From Anaerolineae bacterium (GTDB lineage: Bacteria; Chloroflexota; Anaerolineae; S140-20), in the NCBI GenBank assembly GCA_027021705.1, contig JALUTT010000080.1:1-40489 (forward strand): 40,489 nucleotides of DNA, read 5' to 3'. Made by a program: the position numbers and the translations under genes. This document shows positions 17,470 through 27,176 of the stretch, in pieces. A model generated the notes under the pieces. It did not search any database. It worked only from the letters and a program-made list of their open reading frames with translations, and was not told the origin of the DNA. Numbering within the stretch: position 1 is the stretch's first letter; each line of letters opens with the position of its first letter.

Positions 17470-18117
17470 TCAGGCCAGCCCTGATTCCCACTCGTACTCG
17501 TACATCACGACCCACACCGCCTTGCGGAGGGCGTCGGCGAACCGGGCCATCTCCTTGCGCAAGTACCGGCGGGTGTCGGCGCTGGGGAAGTAGTTGTCCT
17601 CCAGGTATCCTCGTTGGGCCCGTTCGTCCACGGCGCGGGCTTCCTCACCGGTCAGGAGCCTCACCTGGTCAATGTAGCCGAGGCTTTCTTCCTCGATGAG
17701 TCGCTTCTTACGTAAGGTAATGAATGCTTTCCAAGGCTCGGGACGATCCCACCAGGGTGGTCCCTCGAAGATAAAGCAGGCCTCGCTGGCTTCTTGGGGG
17801 ACGATCCACACCCGGCCCTGGTGCACGATGACCCATCGGGCCTCTTGCAGGGCGCTGGCTACCTGATCCTGCTGGTGCTGTAGGCTTTCCTGAGCGGGGG
17901 TTGGATGGACGGCGGCCTCGTTGCTGCTCCGTGCCTGCTCGTCCCAAAAGCGGGCCTCCCACCCAGGGAGGAGGAGTGTGCTCTTGTCGCCGGGCTCCAC
18001 CTCCATCCTCCGGTGGGAATAGGCCGCCAGAAGGCGGTCCAGGTCCCACCAAGCCGGGAGGTCAAAGACCGGCGCCTGTTGGGTCACCACGTAGGTTCTC
18101 AGAGATATTGCCGGCAT
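17470..18117 (-). CDS. Hypothetical protein
   Basis: 215-aa ORF with an AAGGTGAG RBS, co-oriented directly after the methyltransferase. No recognised motif. Confidence 0.6.
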   Translation of the reverse strand: MPAISLRTYVVTQQAPVFDLPAWWDLDRLLAAYSHRRMEVEPGDKSTLLLPGWEARFWDEQARSSNEAAVHPTPAQESLQHQQDQVASALQEARWVIVHQGRVWIVPQEASEACFIFEGPPWWDRPEPWKAFITLRKKRLIEEESLGYIDQVRLLTGEEARAVDERAQRGYLEDNYFPSADTRRYLRKEMARFADALRKAVWVVMYEYEWESGLA

Positions 18118-18135
18118 CGTCTCACCTTACCGGGG

Positions 18136-19209
18136 TTAAAGGGCTCGGTCTTGGTTTCCACTTCTTTCCGGGGTCACCTCATAGCTCTCTGAGGATTCGA
18201 GGAGAGCCATCTGGGAGGCCCTCGGGAGCTTCCTCTCCTCGAGAGCCTCATCTTCTGTCCCCTGTTCAGCTTGTTCAGCGAACAAGGGGAGCTGCTGACG
18301 TAGGTCCGTAAAGCGGAACTTGGACGCCTCCAGATACTCCTCGACCAGCTCGAAAGCCAGCCACCGCCGTCCCAGCCGCTCAGCGACCTCGCCCGTCACA
18401 TTGCTTCCGGCAAAGGGATCGAGTACCAGATCACCGGGGTCAGTCAAGAATTTGATGAAGAACTCTGGGAGGCCGTGGGGGAACCGGGCGGGGTGGGGCT
18501 TTATCCCACGGCGTCGGCACTCTCGCAAGTAGGCACTATTGGAATCCGTGTTGGCCAGGATCAGGAGGTTAGGGGGGATAGAGCCTTTGTTGTCCTTGGC
18601 AAAGTGCTCGGAGATGTCGTGTCCTGACGGGCGGCGCATAGGCTTGTAGCCCCGTTCCAGCAATTTCTTCATCGAATCGCTATAGGGCTGGAGCACACGC
18701 CAGTTGCTGGCTTTTGGGAAAGGGGTCTTGGAGAGCCACCAGATTGGGTCAACGGCGTCCTTCACGCGGATGCGTCGCACCGTTACCCACTCAGCGGGTG
18801 ATGGTAGCTTGGAAGGGTTGTACCAGTAGAACTCCTGGGCCAGGTGGAATCCCACGGTCTTGCACAAGGCGATGAGCAGCTCAAAATGGTATAGCGAGCG
18901 GGTTGGCTGTCCTTTGACCCACGTCCCGCCGATGTCAATCACCAGGCTTCCGCTCTCTTTGAGCACCCGTTTGAACTCCAGGGCGAAATCCAGGAACCAG
19001 GGCACATAGTCTTCGGCCTCTACGTTGCCGTACTCCTTCTTGCGTTTCAGGGCGAAGGGAGGGGATGTGACGATCAGGTCAACGGTCTCGGGCTCCATCT
19101 GGCGCAGATAGTTCAGCGCATCCCCCAGGTAAGCCGCTCCATACGGTGTTGTGTAAAAAGGCTCCGTTTTGAAGGAAAAGTGGGCCATCGTACTCCCTTC
19201 TCTTGTCAC
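18136..19209 (-). CDS. Site-specific N4-cytosine DNA methyltransferase, beta class, M.PvuII-like
   Basis: TSPPFALKRKKEYGN (motif IV) precedes DPFAGSNVTG (motif I). NPSKLPSPAEWV, RVKDAV, RPSGHDI and HPARFP match the M.PvuII sequence as I recall it. GTGA overlap with the upstream endonuclease stop. Confidence 0.9.
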   Translation of the reverse strand: MTREGSTMAHFSFKTEPFYTTPYGAAYLGDALNYLRQMEPETVDLIVTSPPFALKRKKEYGNVEAEDYVPWFLDFALEFKRVLKESGSLVIDIGGTWVKGQPTRSLYHFELLIALCKTVGFHLAQEFYWYNPSKLPSPAEWVTVRRIRVKDAVDPIWWLSKTPFPKASNWRVLQPYSDSMKKLLERGYKPMRRPSGHDISEHFAKDNKGSIPPNLLILANTDSNSAYLRECRRRGIKPHPARFPHGLPEFFIKFLTDPGDLVLDPFAGSNVTGEVAERLGRRWLAFELVEEYLEASKFRFTDLRQQLPLFAEQAEQGTEDEALEERKLPRASQMALLESSESYEVTPERSGNQDRAL

Positions 19210-20621
19210 CGATCTGTCAAGTAGTCGGTACGCTCCTTGATCTTCATCGCTCGCTCGGCTTTGCTGTTCAAGATGGCTACGATCTCTGTCGGGTCGCGGC
19301 TGATGCGGTTCAGCTCTGAGCCGTTAAGCAGGATTACGTTGAGGTTGGAAGTCCTCATCACATGGTTGGCGTAGCCGTAGGCATCTCTGGTAAAGTCGCC
19401 TGTTGTCACGAGCATCACCACATTGGAGTAGATGAAGGTCAGGGACAGTCCTACTTCCCGGGCCACATCGTCCAACCGAACGGTCGCTGTGTTCTTCGCC
19501 TGAATCTGCCAGCGGCTGAAGATGAGCCGTGCTCCTTCAACAATCACGTCTACCTCAGCACCGCCAGTCTCCGCACTCCGAGTACGCCATCCTTTGAAGT
19601 CAAGATCGAGCAGGCGCGTCAAGTAGATGGCAAGAAGTTCTAATGCCTGCCCCTTGGTGTGCTTGTCAGGTGACTTGAGGTCCGCCAGAATTTGAGAGAG
19701 GGGACGCTCGAAGACCTCCTTGGGAACCAGGCCGGCCTTCTCGGCCGCGGCTGCGAGAATGGGATCGGAGACCTCCTCACGAAATTTAGAAGTACGGGAG
19801 ACTTCGTAAGGTTTCGCCCCCCGCCCTGCTGTGGATTTTGTCACCTGGATGTACCCCAGGTCCTGCAAGGGGAACAGAACCGCTTTTGGCAACTGCTTAT
19901 GGTTGTACTCTACGCCGTAGAGGGCGCTTGCCAAATCTGCCACTTTATTGGCTACAAGGGGATCGGGTTCGGCGATGCGGGTCAGAGCTCTCAGGAAGGC
20001 CCGTTGTGCTGCGTCGAGATGGGTTAGGCGATCAATGGCGTCCAGCCCTATCCCCAGCAGAGCTTCCAAGCGCTCCCGGTTGACCTCGTATAGCCTTGGA
20101 CCACCCTTTGCCCCTGCGTCGAAGATGCCTGCCTGGGCCAGCCATAGGCGCATACTGCTGAGGTGTACAGCACCGCGAGGAACGTGGAGCCCCCGTTGCT
20201 CCAAGCGCTTTCTCAGCGTGTGCAGAGTGATCTTCTCACCGGCTTGCTGCATCGCCTCGATGGTCTCCACAAAGATGAGGCCACGCCGATGGAGTAAGAT
20301 ATGCTTGGCAAAAGCCTCGTAGAGAGCGGTTGGATCATTCACGAGAGCCAGCAAGTCTCTCGCCAAAGGGGTGGGAGTCGCTCCGTGTTCGTCCAGCAGC
20401 CCATATGCTCGCAAGGCCAGCACGGTGTTATCGGCCAGCTTCCACCGCTGCGCTTCGGCGTGGGACGCGAAGAAAGCTTCCCGGATAGCCTCGGTGATTT
20501 TATCCCGGTCCCCTGCATAAACGTGGAGGATCTGCAAGACCTGGGGTAGGTCAACCTGATTGGGGCTGAATTGAGCGCCGAAAGGGATCTCGCTTTTCTT
20601 GCCCACCGGTGCCTCGACCAC
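19206..20621 (-). CDS. Restriction endonuclease with a C-terminal Mrr-like catalytic domain
   Basis: KGQALELLA...GGAEVDVIVE...WQIQAKN...LVTTGDFT is an Mrr-type (D/E)-D-QxK pattern. Translationally coupled to the methyltransferase; visibly lower GC than the flanks. Confidence 0.8.
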   Translation of the reverse strand: MVEAPVGKKSEIPFGAQFSPNQVDLPQVLQILHVYAGDRDKITEAIREAFFASHAEAQRWKLADNTVLALRAYGLLDEHGATPTPLARDLLALVNDPTALYEAFAKHILLHRRGLIFVETIEAMQQAGEKITLHTLRKRLEQRGLHVPRGAVHLSSMRLWLAQAGIFDAGAKGGPRLYEVNRERLEALLGIGLDAIDRLTHLDAAQRAFLRALTRIAEPDPLVANKVADLASALYGVEYNHKQLPKAVLFPLQDLGYIQVTKSTAGRGAKPYEVSRTSKFREEVSDPILAAAAEKAGLVPKEVFERPLSQILADLKSPDKHTKGQALELLAIYLTRLLDLDFKGWRTRSAETGGAEVDVIVEGARLIFSRWQIQAKNTATVRLDDVAREVGLSLTFIYSNVVMLVTTGDFTRDAYGYANHVMRTSNLNVILLNGSELNRISRDPTEIVAILNSKAERAMKIKERTDYLTDR

Positions 20622-20643
20622 GACTTGCTGCTTGACTACCTCT

Positions 20644-20979
20644 TCACGCCTGTACCCACAGGAGCAGTTTGTGCCCTTCGGGGACGATCTCGTAGCGGGC
20701 GGCGATGACGGTGACCTGGTGGCGCATCCCCATCCGGTCGGGGAAGTCGAGGAGGACCGGCCGGCCCTCCTCCCAGGCCGTGCGACAGCGCTGGAGCATC
20801 TGGGGGCCGTTGAAGGTGCGGAGCTCGCAGAAGGCGATGCCCAACGGCTTTGGCCCCTCGCTGACGGAGATGGGCCAGTAGGCCTCCACAGGCCGGAAGT
20901 CGGGCGTCGGCCCCTCCAGGATGGTGATCATCTCCGGCTCCAGGGAACCCTCCCAGGAAAAGTCCTCTGGAATCATCAC
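20644..20979 (-). CDS. Hypothetical protein
   Basis: 111-aa ORF overlapping the upstream stop by 4 bp (GTGA), with a GGAGGG RBS. Confidence 0.7.
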   Translation of the reverse strand: MMIPEDFSWEGSLEPEMITILEGPTPDFRPVEAYWPISVSEGPKPLGIAFCELRTFNGPQMLQRCRTAWEEGRPVLLDFPDRMGMRHQVTVIAARYEIVPEGHKLLLWVQA

Positions 20980-21974
20980 AAATACCCCTCCTGACGGAAC
21001 CAGGCTATGGCGTCGCGGATGGTCTCTGCGAAGGAACGGGGCCGCAGCCCCAAGGCCTGCTCCGCCTTGACGGTGCTGAGCGGCTGCCAGTGGGAGAGCC
21101 CACGCAGGTGCTCAGAGAGCGGCAAGTTGAGCAGGACGGCCAGCCGAACTGCCCCCAGCACCGGGGAACGCGGCAGGGGCAGCCAGAGCGGTCGGATCCC
21201 GACGGTCTGGACCACGATGGTCAGCGCCTCCCGCAGCGTCAGGTTGTGCCCGCCGACGATGTACCGTTCCCCCGGCCGGCCCCGTTCTGCGGCAGCCAGG
21301 TGAGCGGCTGCCACGTCCCGCACATCCACGACGTTGATCCAGGCGTGGAAGTAGGGGAAGAGGCCAACCCGTTTCCCCTGTCCAAGGGAGAGCCCGCTCC
21401 GTGCTATGGCCAGCAGGAGCCGGCCCGTCGTCGGCTTCACGTCGCCGGGGCCGAAGACCGCCGTGGGGCAGAGGACGACGGCGTCGAGCCCCTCGGCCGC
21501 CGCCTGGAGCACGGCCTGCTCCATCGCGTACTTCGTCTCGTAGTAGGCGCTGGGAACGCTGCCCGGTCGGTAGAGGTCCCGCTCGTCGGCCAGCCGACAG
21601 GGCTCCGTGGGCGGCCCGATGGTCGTCAGGGAGCTGGTGTAGACGAGGCGTGAAACCCCCGCTGCCCGCACCGCTTCCAGCACCCGCGTGATCTGGGTCA
21701 GGCCCCGCCGGACGTGGTCCTCGATCCCCCGAGAGTCCTGGGGGTAGTAGGCGGCGGCGTGGAAGACCAGGTCGCAGCTGTCCATCGCTGCCCGCAATGC
21801 TTCTTCATCCTCCAGCCGACCCTCGATCCAGGCGATCTCCTCGGCCCGGTCGCCGAGGGCACCCACGGCCCCGGGCCGCCGGCGCAGCACCCGCACCGAC
21901 CATCCCGCCTCCAGCGCCGCCCGGGCGATCTGGCCGCCGATGAACCCCGTTCCCCCTAGGACCAGCGTCTCCAT
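20976..21974 (-). CDS. NAD-dependent epimerase/dehydratase (dihydroflavonol reductase/HpnA-like)
   Basis: LVLGGTGFIGG, VFHAAA, VYTSS, YYETK (YxxxK) and VFGPGDVKPTTG. Confidence 0.92.
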   Translation of the reverse strand: METLVLGGTGFIGGQIARAALEAGWSVRVLRRRPGAVGALGDRAEEIAWIEGRLEDEEALRAAMDSCDLVFHAAAYYPQDSRGIEDHVRRGLTQITRVLEAVRAAGVSRLVYTSSLTTIGPPTEPCRLADERDLYRPGSVPSAYYETKYAMEQAVLQAAAEGLDAVVLCPTAVFGPGDVKPTTGRLLLAIARSGLSLGQGKRVGLFPYFHAWINVVDVRDVAAAHLAAAERGRPGERYIVGGHNLTLREALTIVVQTVGIRPLWLPLPRSPVLGAVRLAVLLNLPLSEHLRGLSHWQPLSTVKAEQALGLRPRSFAETIRDAIAWFRQEGYL

Positions 21975-21983
21975 CCCCTCACC

Positions 21984-23189
21984 TCAGTACTCGAAGACCA
22001 CCTTGATCGCCCCCGACCGCTTGTCCATCGCCGTGGCGATCGCCTTCTTGTACGCCTTCAGCGGGAAGCGATGGGTGATCAGCCCCTCGATGGGGAGCCG
22101 TCCCTCGCGCATCCAGCGGATCACCAGCTCCAGACCGTAGACCGACTCCCCTTGCCACCGCTCCATCCCGTGGCCCAAGCTGCCGATCAGGTCCACCTCC
22201 TGGTGCCAGATGGGGCTCAGGTCGCTCTTGAACCGCTTGGGGGAGATGCCGATCATCACGACCGTTCCGCCGGCCCGGGTCCAGCGCAGGCTGTCCTGGA
22301 GGGTGCGGGCGGTTCCCACGGCGTCGTAGATGACGTCGAAGCCGCCCAGGATCGTCCGGTTGCCCAGCGCCCCCTTGTACAGCTTGCCGCCGGTCAGCCG
22401 GGCGACCGCCTCGTAGCCGTCCCGGTCGGTGATCACCTCGTCGGCGCCCAGCCGGCGGGCCATCTCCGCCTGGTGGAGGTAGCGGGCCATCGCCACGATG
22501 AGGGCGTCGGGAGCGACGACGCGGGCCACCCGCAGGGTGAGCAGGCCGATGATGCCGCAGCCGAGGACCAGCACCCGCTCCCCCGGCCGGGGCGGCCGGC
22601 GGAGGACGGCCCGCAGCCCCACGCTGTAGGGCTCCACCAGCACTGCCTGGTCATCGCTCAGGTCGGGGGGCACGGGGTAAACCTCGCTCTCGTGGGCCGT
22701 GTAGCCGTCGCCCCAGCCCCCACCGACGCCCACCGGCCCCCGGCCAACCGACTGGTTCTCGCAGAGGAGATAGTTACCGGCGGCGCAATGGCGACAGGGC
22801 GGGTCAATCTCCTGGCTGAGGCAGGTCGGTCCCGTGAAGCGGGTGTCCATGATCACCCGGTCGCCCGGTCGGACCCGCGTCACGCCGGGGCCGACCTCCA
22901 CGACTTCGGAGACCACCTCGTGGCCCAGGTAGAAGCGGCTCAGGCCGGGGAGGGCTACCGGGCTGACATCGGGGTCGGCGTGGATGAAGAGGAGGCTCAG
23001 GTCGGTGCCGCAGATGCCGCAGAGCCGGTTGCGCACCCGGATCCAGCGGGGGCCGGGCAGCGGCGGCTCCGGCACCTCGGCCACGTGGACGGGGGAGAGG
23101 GGGCTCCAGACCACGCCGGGCCAGACCCGGCGCAGCGTCTTCGTCAGCAACGCTTTGGGGACGTTGACATCCAGGTAAATGGCACGCAT
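21984..23189 (-). CDS. Zinc-binding medium-chain dehydrogenase
   Basis: CGICGTDL, LGHEVV, structural-Zn cysteines (C..PPCRHC...LC) and VLGCGIIG. Confidence 0.92.
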   Translation of the reverse strand: MRAIYLDVNVPKALLTKTLRRVWPGVVWSPLSPVHVAEVPEPPLPGPRWIRVRNRLCGICGTDLSLLFIHADPDVSPVALPGLSRFYLGHEVVSEVVEVGPGVTRVRPGDRVIMDTRFTGPTCLSQEIDPPCRHCAAGNYLLCENQSVGRGPVGVGGGWGDGYTAHESEVYPVPPDLSDDQAVLVEPYSVGLRAVLRRPPRPGERVLVLGCGIIGLLTLRVARVVAPDALIVAMARYLHQAEMARRLGADEVITDRDGYEAVARLTGGKLYKGALGNRTILGGFDVIYDAVGTARTLQDSLRWTRAGGTVVMIGISPKRFKSDLSPIWHQEVDLIGSLGHGMERWQGESVYGLELVIRWMREGRLPIEGLITHRFPLKAYKKAIATAMDKRSGAIKVVFEY

Positions 23190-23225
23190 CGGTCCACCTG
23201 TCGAGTTCACCAGCAGTGAAAACGG

Positions 23226-24002
23226 CTATCGCCCTGTCCACCGGGCCCGGCGCTTCTCCAGGAAGGCTCGCATCCCCTCCTTCTGGTCCTCGGTGGCGAA
23301 GAGGAAGTAGAAGCTTCGCCGCTCGAAGGCCAACCCCTCGCTCAGGCTGAGCTCGTGGGCCTTGTTGACGGCCTCCTTGGCCAGTTGGACGGCCACGGGA
23401 GCCCGGGCGGCGATCTCGCGGGCCAGTTGGATCGCCTCTTCCAGGTAGCGATCGGCCGGCGCGACCCGGTTCACCAGCCCGTACTGGAGGGCCTCCTGGG
23501 CCGTCAGGCGGCGGTCGTTGAGCACGATCTCCATCGCCAGCGCCTTGCCCACGGCCCGGGTGAGCCGCTGCGTGCCGCCGGCCCCCGGGATGATGCCCAG
23601 GTTGATCTCCGGCTGTCCGAAGCGGGCCGTCTCCGAGGCCACGATCATATCGCAGGCCATCGCCAGCTCGCAGCCGCCCCCCAACGCCCAGCCGGAGACG
23701 GCGGCGATGACCGGCTTGCGCACCGTCCGCAGGCGGTCGAAGAGGTCAATGAAGCCCTCCTGGAGCATCGTCACCGGCGTCGCCTCCGCCATCTCCCGGA
23801 TGTCGGCGCCGGCGGCGAAGGCTCGCTCATCGCCCGTGATGACGATGCAGCCGACCTCCTCGTCGTCGTCGAAGCGCTCCAGGGCCTCTGCCAGCAAGGC
23901 CAGCACCTGGCGGTTCAGCGCGTTGAGCTGCTTGGGGCGGTTCAGCCGGATCAGCCCGACGCCGCCCTCCAGCTTCTCCGTGAGCACGGGGCGTTCGTCC
24001 AC
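23226..24002 (-). CDS. Enoyl-CoA hydratase (PaaF-like)
   Basis: LNRPKQLNALN, AFAAGADI, ALGGGCELAMACD and FGQPEINLGIIPGAGGTQRL. GTG start with an AGGAGG RBS. Confidence 0.93.
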   Translation of the reverse strand: MDERPVLTEKLEGGVGLIRLNRPKQLNALNRQVLALLAEALERFDDDEEVGCIVITGDERAFAAGADIREMAEATPVTMLQEGFIDLFDRLRTVRKPVIAAVSGWALGGGCELAMACDMIVASETARFGQPEINLGIIPGAGGTQRLTRAVGKALAMEIVLNDRRLTAQEALQYGLVNRVAPADRYLEEAIQLAREIAARAPVAVQLAKEAVNKAHELSLSEGLAFERRSFYFLFATEDQKEGMRAFLEKRRARWTGR

Positions 24003-24120
24003 CGATGGCCTCCTTTCTACGTCCTTATCCTGCCGTAGCGCGGGTTTCCCCACCCACGCCTGAGAAAAGCCGCCCACGTCCCCGGGACACTTCCCTCCGC
24101 AGGCCCGGACGGGGTCGGGG

Positions 24121-26328
24121 TCAGGTCGGAGCAGCCCCGCTGTTGCCGGTCGCCAGTTCCTCCCGCACGCGCCAGTAAAGGGCCTCTGCCTTCAACTCAT
24201 CGAGCCGGTAGCAGGGACCGCCCAAATGGTCGGCCAGCGCCTGGGCTAGGCCCTGATCGAAGGCGGCGTGTTCCATGTTGATGACGACGGCGCGGATGCC
24301 GGCCTCGCGGATCAGATCGGCGGCGCGGTAGGCTTCCTCCTGGGGGGGCATGTCCCCCACGGAGACGTTGCCGGCCCCGTCGGTGAGCAGGATCAGCAGG
24401 GGGGCCGTCTCCGGGTGCATCTGCATCTCCCGCTTCAGGACCTGGTAGGCGAGGAGGAGGCCGGCGGAGAGGGGGGTCTTTCCCCCCACCGGGAGGTCCA
24501 CCAATGCCTTCTGGGCCAGCTCGACGCTGTTGGTGGGGGGGAGCACCAGCCGGGCGTCGTTCTTCTGGAAGACGATTAGCCCAACCCGGTCCCGGCGCTG
24601 GTAAGCATCGGCCAGGAGGGACATGATGGCCCCCTTGGTCGCCTCCATCCGTTCGGCCACGGCCATGGACCAACTGGCGTCCACGACGAAGAGGATGAGG
24701 TTGGAGGTCCGGCGCACCCGGACCTTGCGCTGGTAGTCCTGGGGGCGCAGGATGAGGGCGGGGCCTCCGGGCCGACGGCGCTCCTTCTGATGGGGGGCAG
24801 CGGCCCGCAGCGTGGCGTCGAAGGCCAGGTCGGAGGGATCGTTAGGGGAGGGGCGGGCCTGGATGTAGCGACCGCGCTTGCGGGTCGTGCGGGTGGTGCT
24901 CCGCCGGCCGGCCCTCGAGCGGGTCATCCGGTCCAGAGGGGTGTCCAGGCGCTGGGGTTTGAAGACCTCCCCCACCGACGTGGTCTCGCCCCCTGGCTTG
25001 CCCTGCTCCGAGGCCTTTTTGGGGCTTCGGGGGATCGCCTGGGGTGTCGCTTCCCGCTGGCGAAGCCCCTGCTCCGACGAGGATTCGCCTTCCTCAGCGC
25101 CGGTCAGGTTTTTTTTTACCTGCTGGGCTTCTCCCCCCTCCTGGGAGGGCTGGGCCGAGGGCTCCCCGGGGCCTTCGGCGTAGGCCCGCTCCAGTCGGGT
25201 CGCCAGGTCGTGCAGCGTGATCTCCGTCGGCTGAAGGGGGTGCCGCTTCAGGCGGTGGGGCAGGGCCAGCTCCGCCGCCAGCAGGATGTCCTCCTCGGTG
25301 ATCCGCTCCCGGTTCTGCCAGGCCGCATGGGTGCGGGCCGTCTTCAGGATCACCAGGTCGGGCCGATGGCCGTCCACCCCCAGGCTGGCCATCAGGTGGG
25401 CGATGGCGGCCAGGTCCTGGGGGCTATAGCCCACCTGGGGCAGCCGTTCCCGCGCTTGGGCGATCTTCTGGGAGAGGACCTGTTCCCGGGGCGCCCACTC
25501 GGCCCGGAACCCCTCAGGGTCGGACTCGAAGGCCAGGTTCCGCTCTATGATCTCCATCCGCGCCCGGGGGTCGAGGACGCTGTGGATGTCCACGCAGAGG
25601 GCGAAGCGGTCCAGGAGCTGGGGGCGCAGGTCCCCTTCCTCCGGGTTCATCGTGCCCACCAGGATGAAACGGGCCGGGTGCCGGAAGGAGATCCCCTCCC
25701 GCTCGACGATGTTGACCCCCATCGCGGCGGCGTCCAGGAGCAGGTCCACGACGTGATCGTCAAGCAGGTTGACCTCGTCCACGTAGAGGAGCCCTCGGTT
25801 GGCGGCCGCCAGCACACCGGGCTCGAAGCGGCGTTCCCCTTTCTGGATGGCCCGTTCGATGTCCAGCGTGCCGACGACCTGGTCCTCCGTGGCGCTGACG
25901 GGCAGGTTGACGAAGCGGGTGCGTCGGTAGGCGACAGGGAGTTCCTCACCGCGCTCAACGCGCTCCAGACAGAGAGTGCACCAGCCGGTGGGATCAAAGG
26001 GGTCGCAGGAAAAGGGGCAGTCGGCCACGACGGCGATCTCGGGCAGCAAGGCCGCCAGCGCTCGAGCCGCCGTGGACTTGGCAGTTCCCCGCTCCCCGCG
26101 AATGAGCACACCGCCAATGTGAGGGTTGATGGCGTTGAGCACCAGGGCCTGCTTCATCCGCTCCTGGTTGACGATGGCGGTGAAGGGGAAGAGCACCCGG
26201 TGGGCTCCATCCAGAGGGTAAGCAGAGGGGGAGATCCCACCCGGCCCGGTGTCATCCTTGTAGCGCTGGAGGAGTTGGTGGACCTTCGCCGTCAGAGGGC
26301 GCAGCGGTAGGGTTTCCAAGAAGGACAT
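24121..26328 (-). CDS. Mg/Co-chelatase subunit ChlD/BchD-like (AAA+ domain, linker, vWA domain)
   Basis: FPFTAIV, GERGTAKST, LYVDEVNLL, GTMNPEEGDLRPQLLDRF, and vWA motifs FVVDASWSM and LTDG. Confidence 0.92.
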   Translation of the reverse strand: MSFLETLPLRPLTAKVHQLLQRYKDDTGPGGISPSAYPLDGAHRVLFPFTAIVNQERMKQALVLNAINPHIGGVLIRGERGTAKSTAARALAALLPEIAVVADCPFSCDPFDPTGWCTLCLERVERGEELPVAYRRTRFVNLPVSATEDQVVGTLDIERAIQKGERRFEPGVLAAANRGLLYVDEVNLLDDHVVDLLLDAAAMGVNIVEREGISFRHPARFILVGTMNPEEGDLRPQLLDRFALCVDIHSVLDPRARMEIIERNLAFESDPEGFRAEWAPREQVLSQKIAQARERLPQVGYSPQDLAAIAHLMASLGVDGHRPDLVILKTARTHAAWQNRERITEEDILLAAELALPHRLKRHPLQPTEITLHDLATRLERAYAEGPGEPSAQPSQEGGEAQQVKKNLTGAEEGESSSEQGLRQREATPQAIPRSPKKASEQGKPGGETTSVGEVFKPQRLDTPLDRMTRSRAGRRSTTRTTRKRGRYIQARPSPNDPSDLAFDATLRAAAPHQKERRRPGGPALILRPQDYQRKVRVRRTSNLILFVVDASWSMAVAERMEATKGAIMSLLADAYQRRDRVGLIVFQKNDARLVLPPTNSVELAQKALVDLPVGGKTPLSAGLLLAYQVLKREMQMHPETAPLLILLTDGAGNVSVGDMPPQEEAYRAADLIREAGIRAVVINMEHAAFDQGLAQALADHLGGPCYRLDELKAEALYWRVREELATGNSGAAPT
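25095..25119 (-). other. Putative programmed frameshift/slippage site (A9) in the chelatase linker
   Basis: Minus strand GTA AAA AAA AAC CTG ACC GGC GCT GAG (T9 at 25109-25117 on +). The -1 frame reads AAA CCT GAC CGG CGC TGA; the +1 frame reads AAA ACC TGA. Confidence 0.6.
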
Positions 26329-26365
26329 TGGCTGACTTCCCGCGCGAGAACAGATCGTGAGTTGG

Positions 26366-27004
26366 TCACGAGACCGGGGCATCCAGCAGGCCCCGGCGGA
26401 GGAGTTCCGCCTGCAAGGCCTCGGGGGTGGTGAAGGTGATGGTCTGCATCCCCAGGGCCGCGGCGGCCTGGGTGTTCCGCTCCATATCGTCAACGAAGAG
26501 GGCCTCCTCGGGGCGCACCCCCAGCTTCTCCAGGGTGAGCCGGTAGATCGCCTCCTCCGGTTTGGCCAGCCCTTCGGCTGCCGAACTGATGATGACGTCG
26601 AAGAGCCCGTGCAGACCTAGTTCCTCCGTCAGCAGGCGATCCAGGTTGGGGTCTGCCGTGTTGCTCAGCACGGCCAGCCGATAGCGCTTGTGGAGTTGCC
26701 GTAGCAAAGATCGCATCAGGGGAGGCACATGGCCTTTGAAGGCAAGCAATTGGTCCTTGAACGCCCGCACCTGATCGGGGTCGGTGACCCCCAGGGTGGC
26801 GAAGACCTCCTGCCAGAACTGTGGCTCAGAGATCTGGCCCCGCTTCGCCTTCTGCCAGGCCTCGCTGGTGAAGAGGTAGTTCCAGAAGGCCTCGGCGGTC
26901 ATCCCGAAGTGGGCTGCCACGGCTGCCCGCTGGGCCAGCATCTCCTGGGGATCTGGCGGGATCTCCAGCACGTTACCGAAATCGAAAATGATTGCCCGGA
27001 TCAC
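26366..27004 (-). CDS. HAD-superfamily phosphatase (YihX-like)
   Basis: IIFDFGNV, VLSNT, KPEEAIY and LFVDD. GTG start. Confidence 0.9.
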   Translation of the reverse strand: MIRAIIFDFGNVLEIPPDPQEMLAQRAAVAAHFGMTAEAFWNYLFTSEAWQKAKRGQISEPQFWQEVFATLGVTDPDQVRAFKDQLLAFKGHVPPLMRSLLRQLHKRYRLAVLSNTADPNLDRLLTEELGLHGLFDVIISSAAEGLAKPEEAIYRLTLEKLGVRPEEALFVDDMERNTQAAAALGMQTITFTTPEALQAELLRRGLLDAPVS

Positions 27005-27129
27005 CTTGCCCCTATGGTAAAAAAACCGGCTACCTGACACATCTCCCAGAGACCCTTCCGTAGGTTCCTCCCACGGCCTGGAACGTGTCGTGGGCAGCCT
27101 CCGAGTGACCTGCGGGAGGACGACAAGGT

Positions 27130-27158
27130 AAAAAACCGTGGGGGAACTCCCACGGTTT
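27130..27158 (-). terminator. Intrinsic terminator downstream of tatA
   Basis: Minus strand aaaccgtggg-agttc-cccacggttt followed by further T's. Confidence 0.75.
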
Positions 27159-27176
27159 CCGGGTGGGGTGGGAAGC

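Noticed and set aside
27030..27120. ykkC-type riboswitch upstream of the HAD phosphatase
   Set aside because: ACGGAAGGG...GGGAGAT is reminiscent, but the AGGGTTCCG and A-rich P3 loop elements are missing on that strand.
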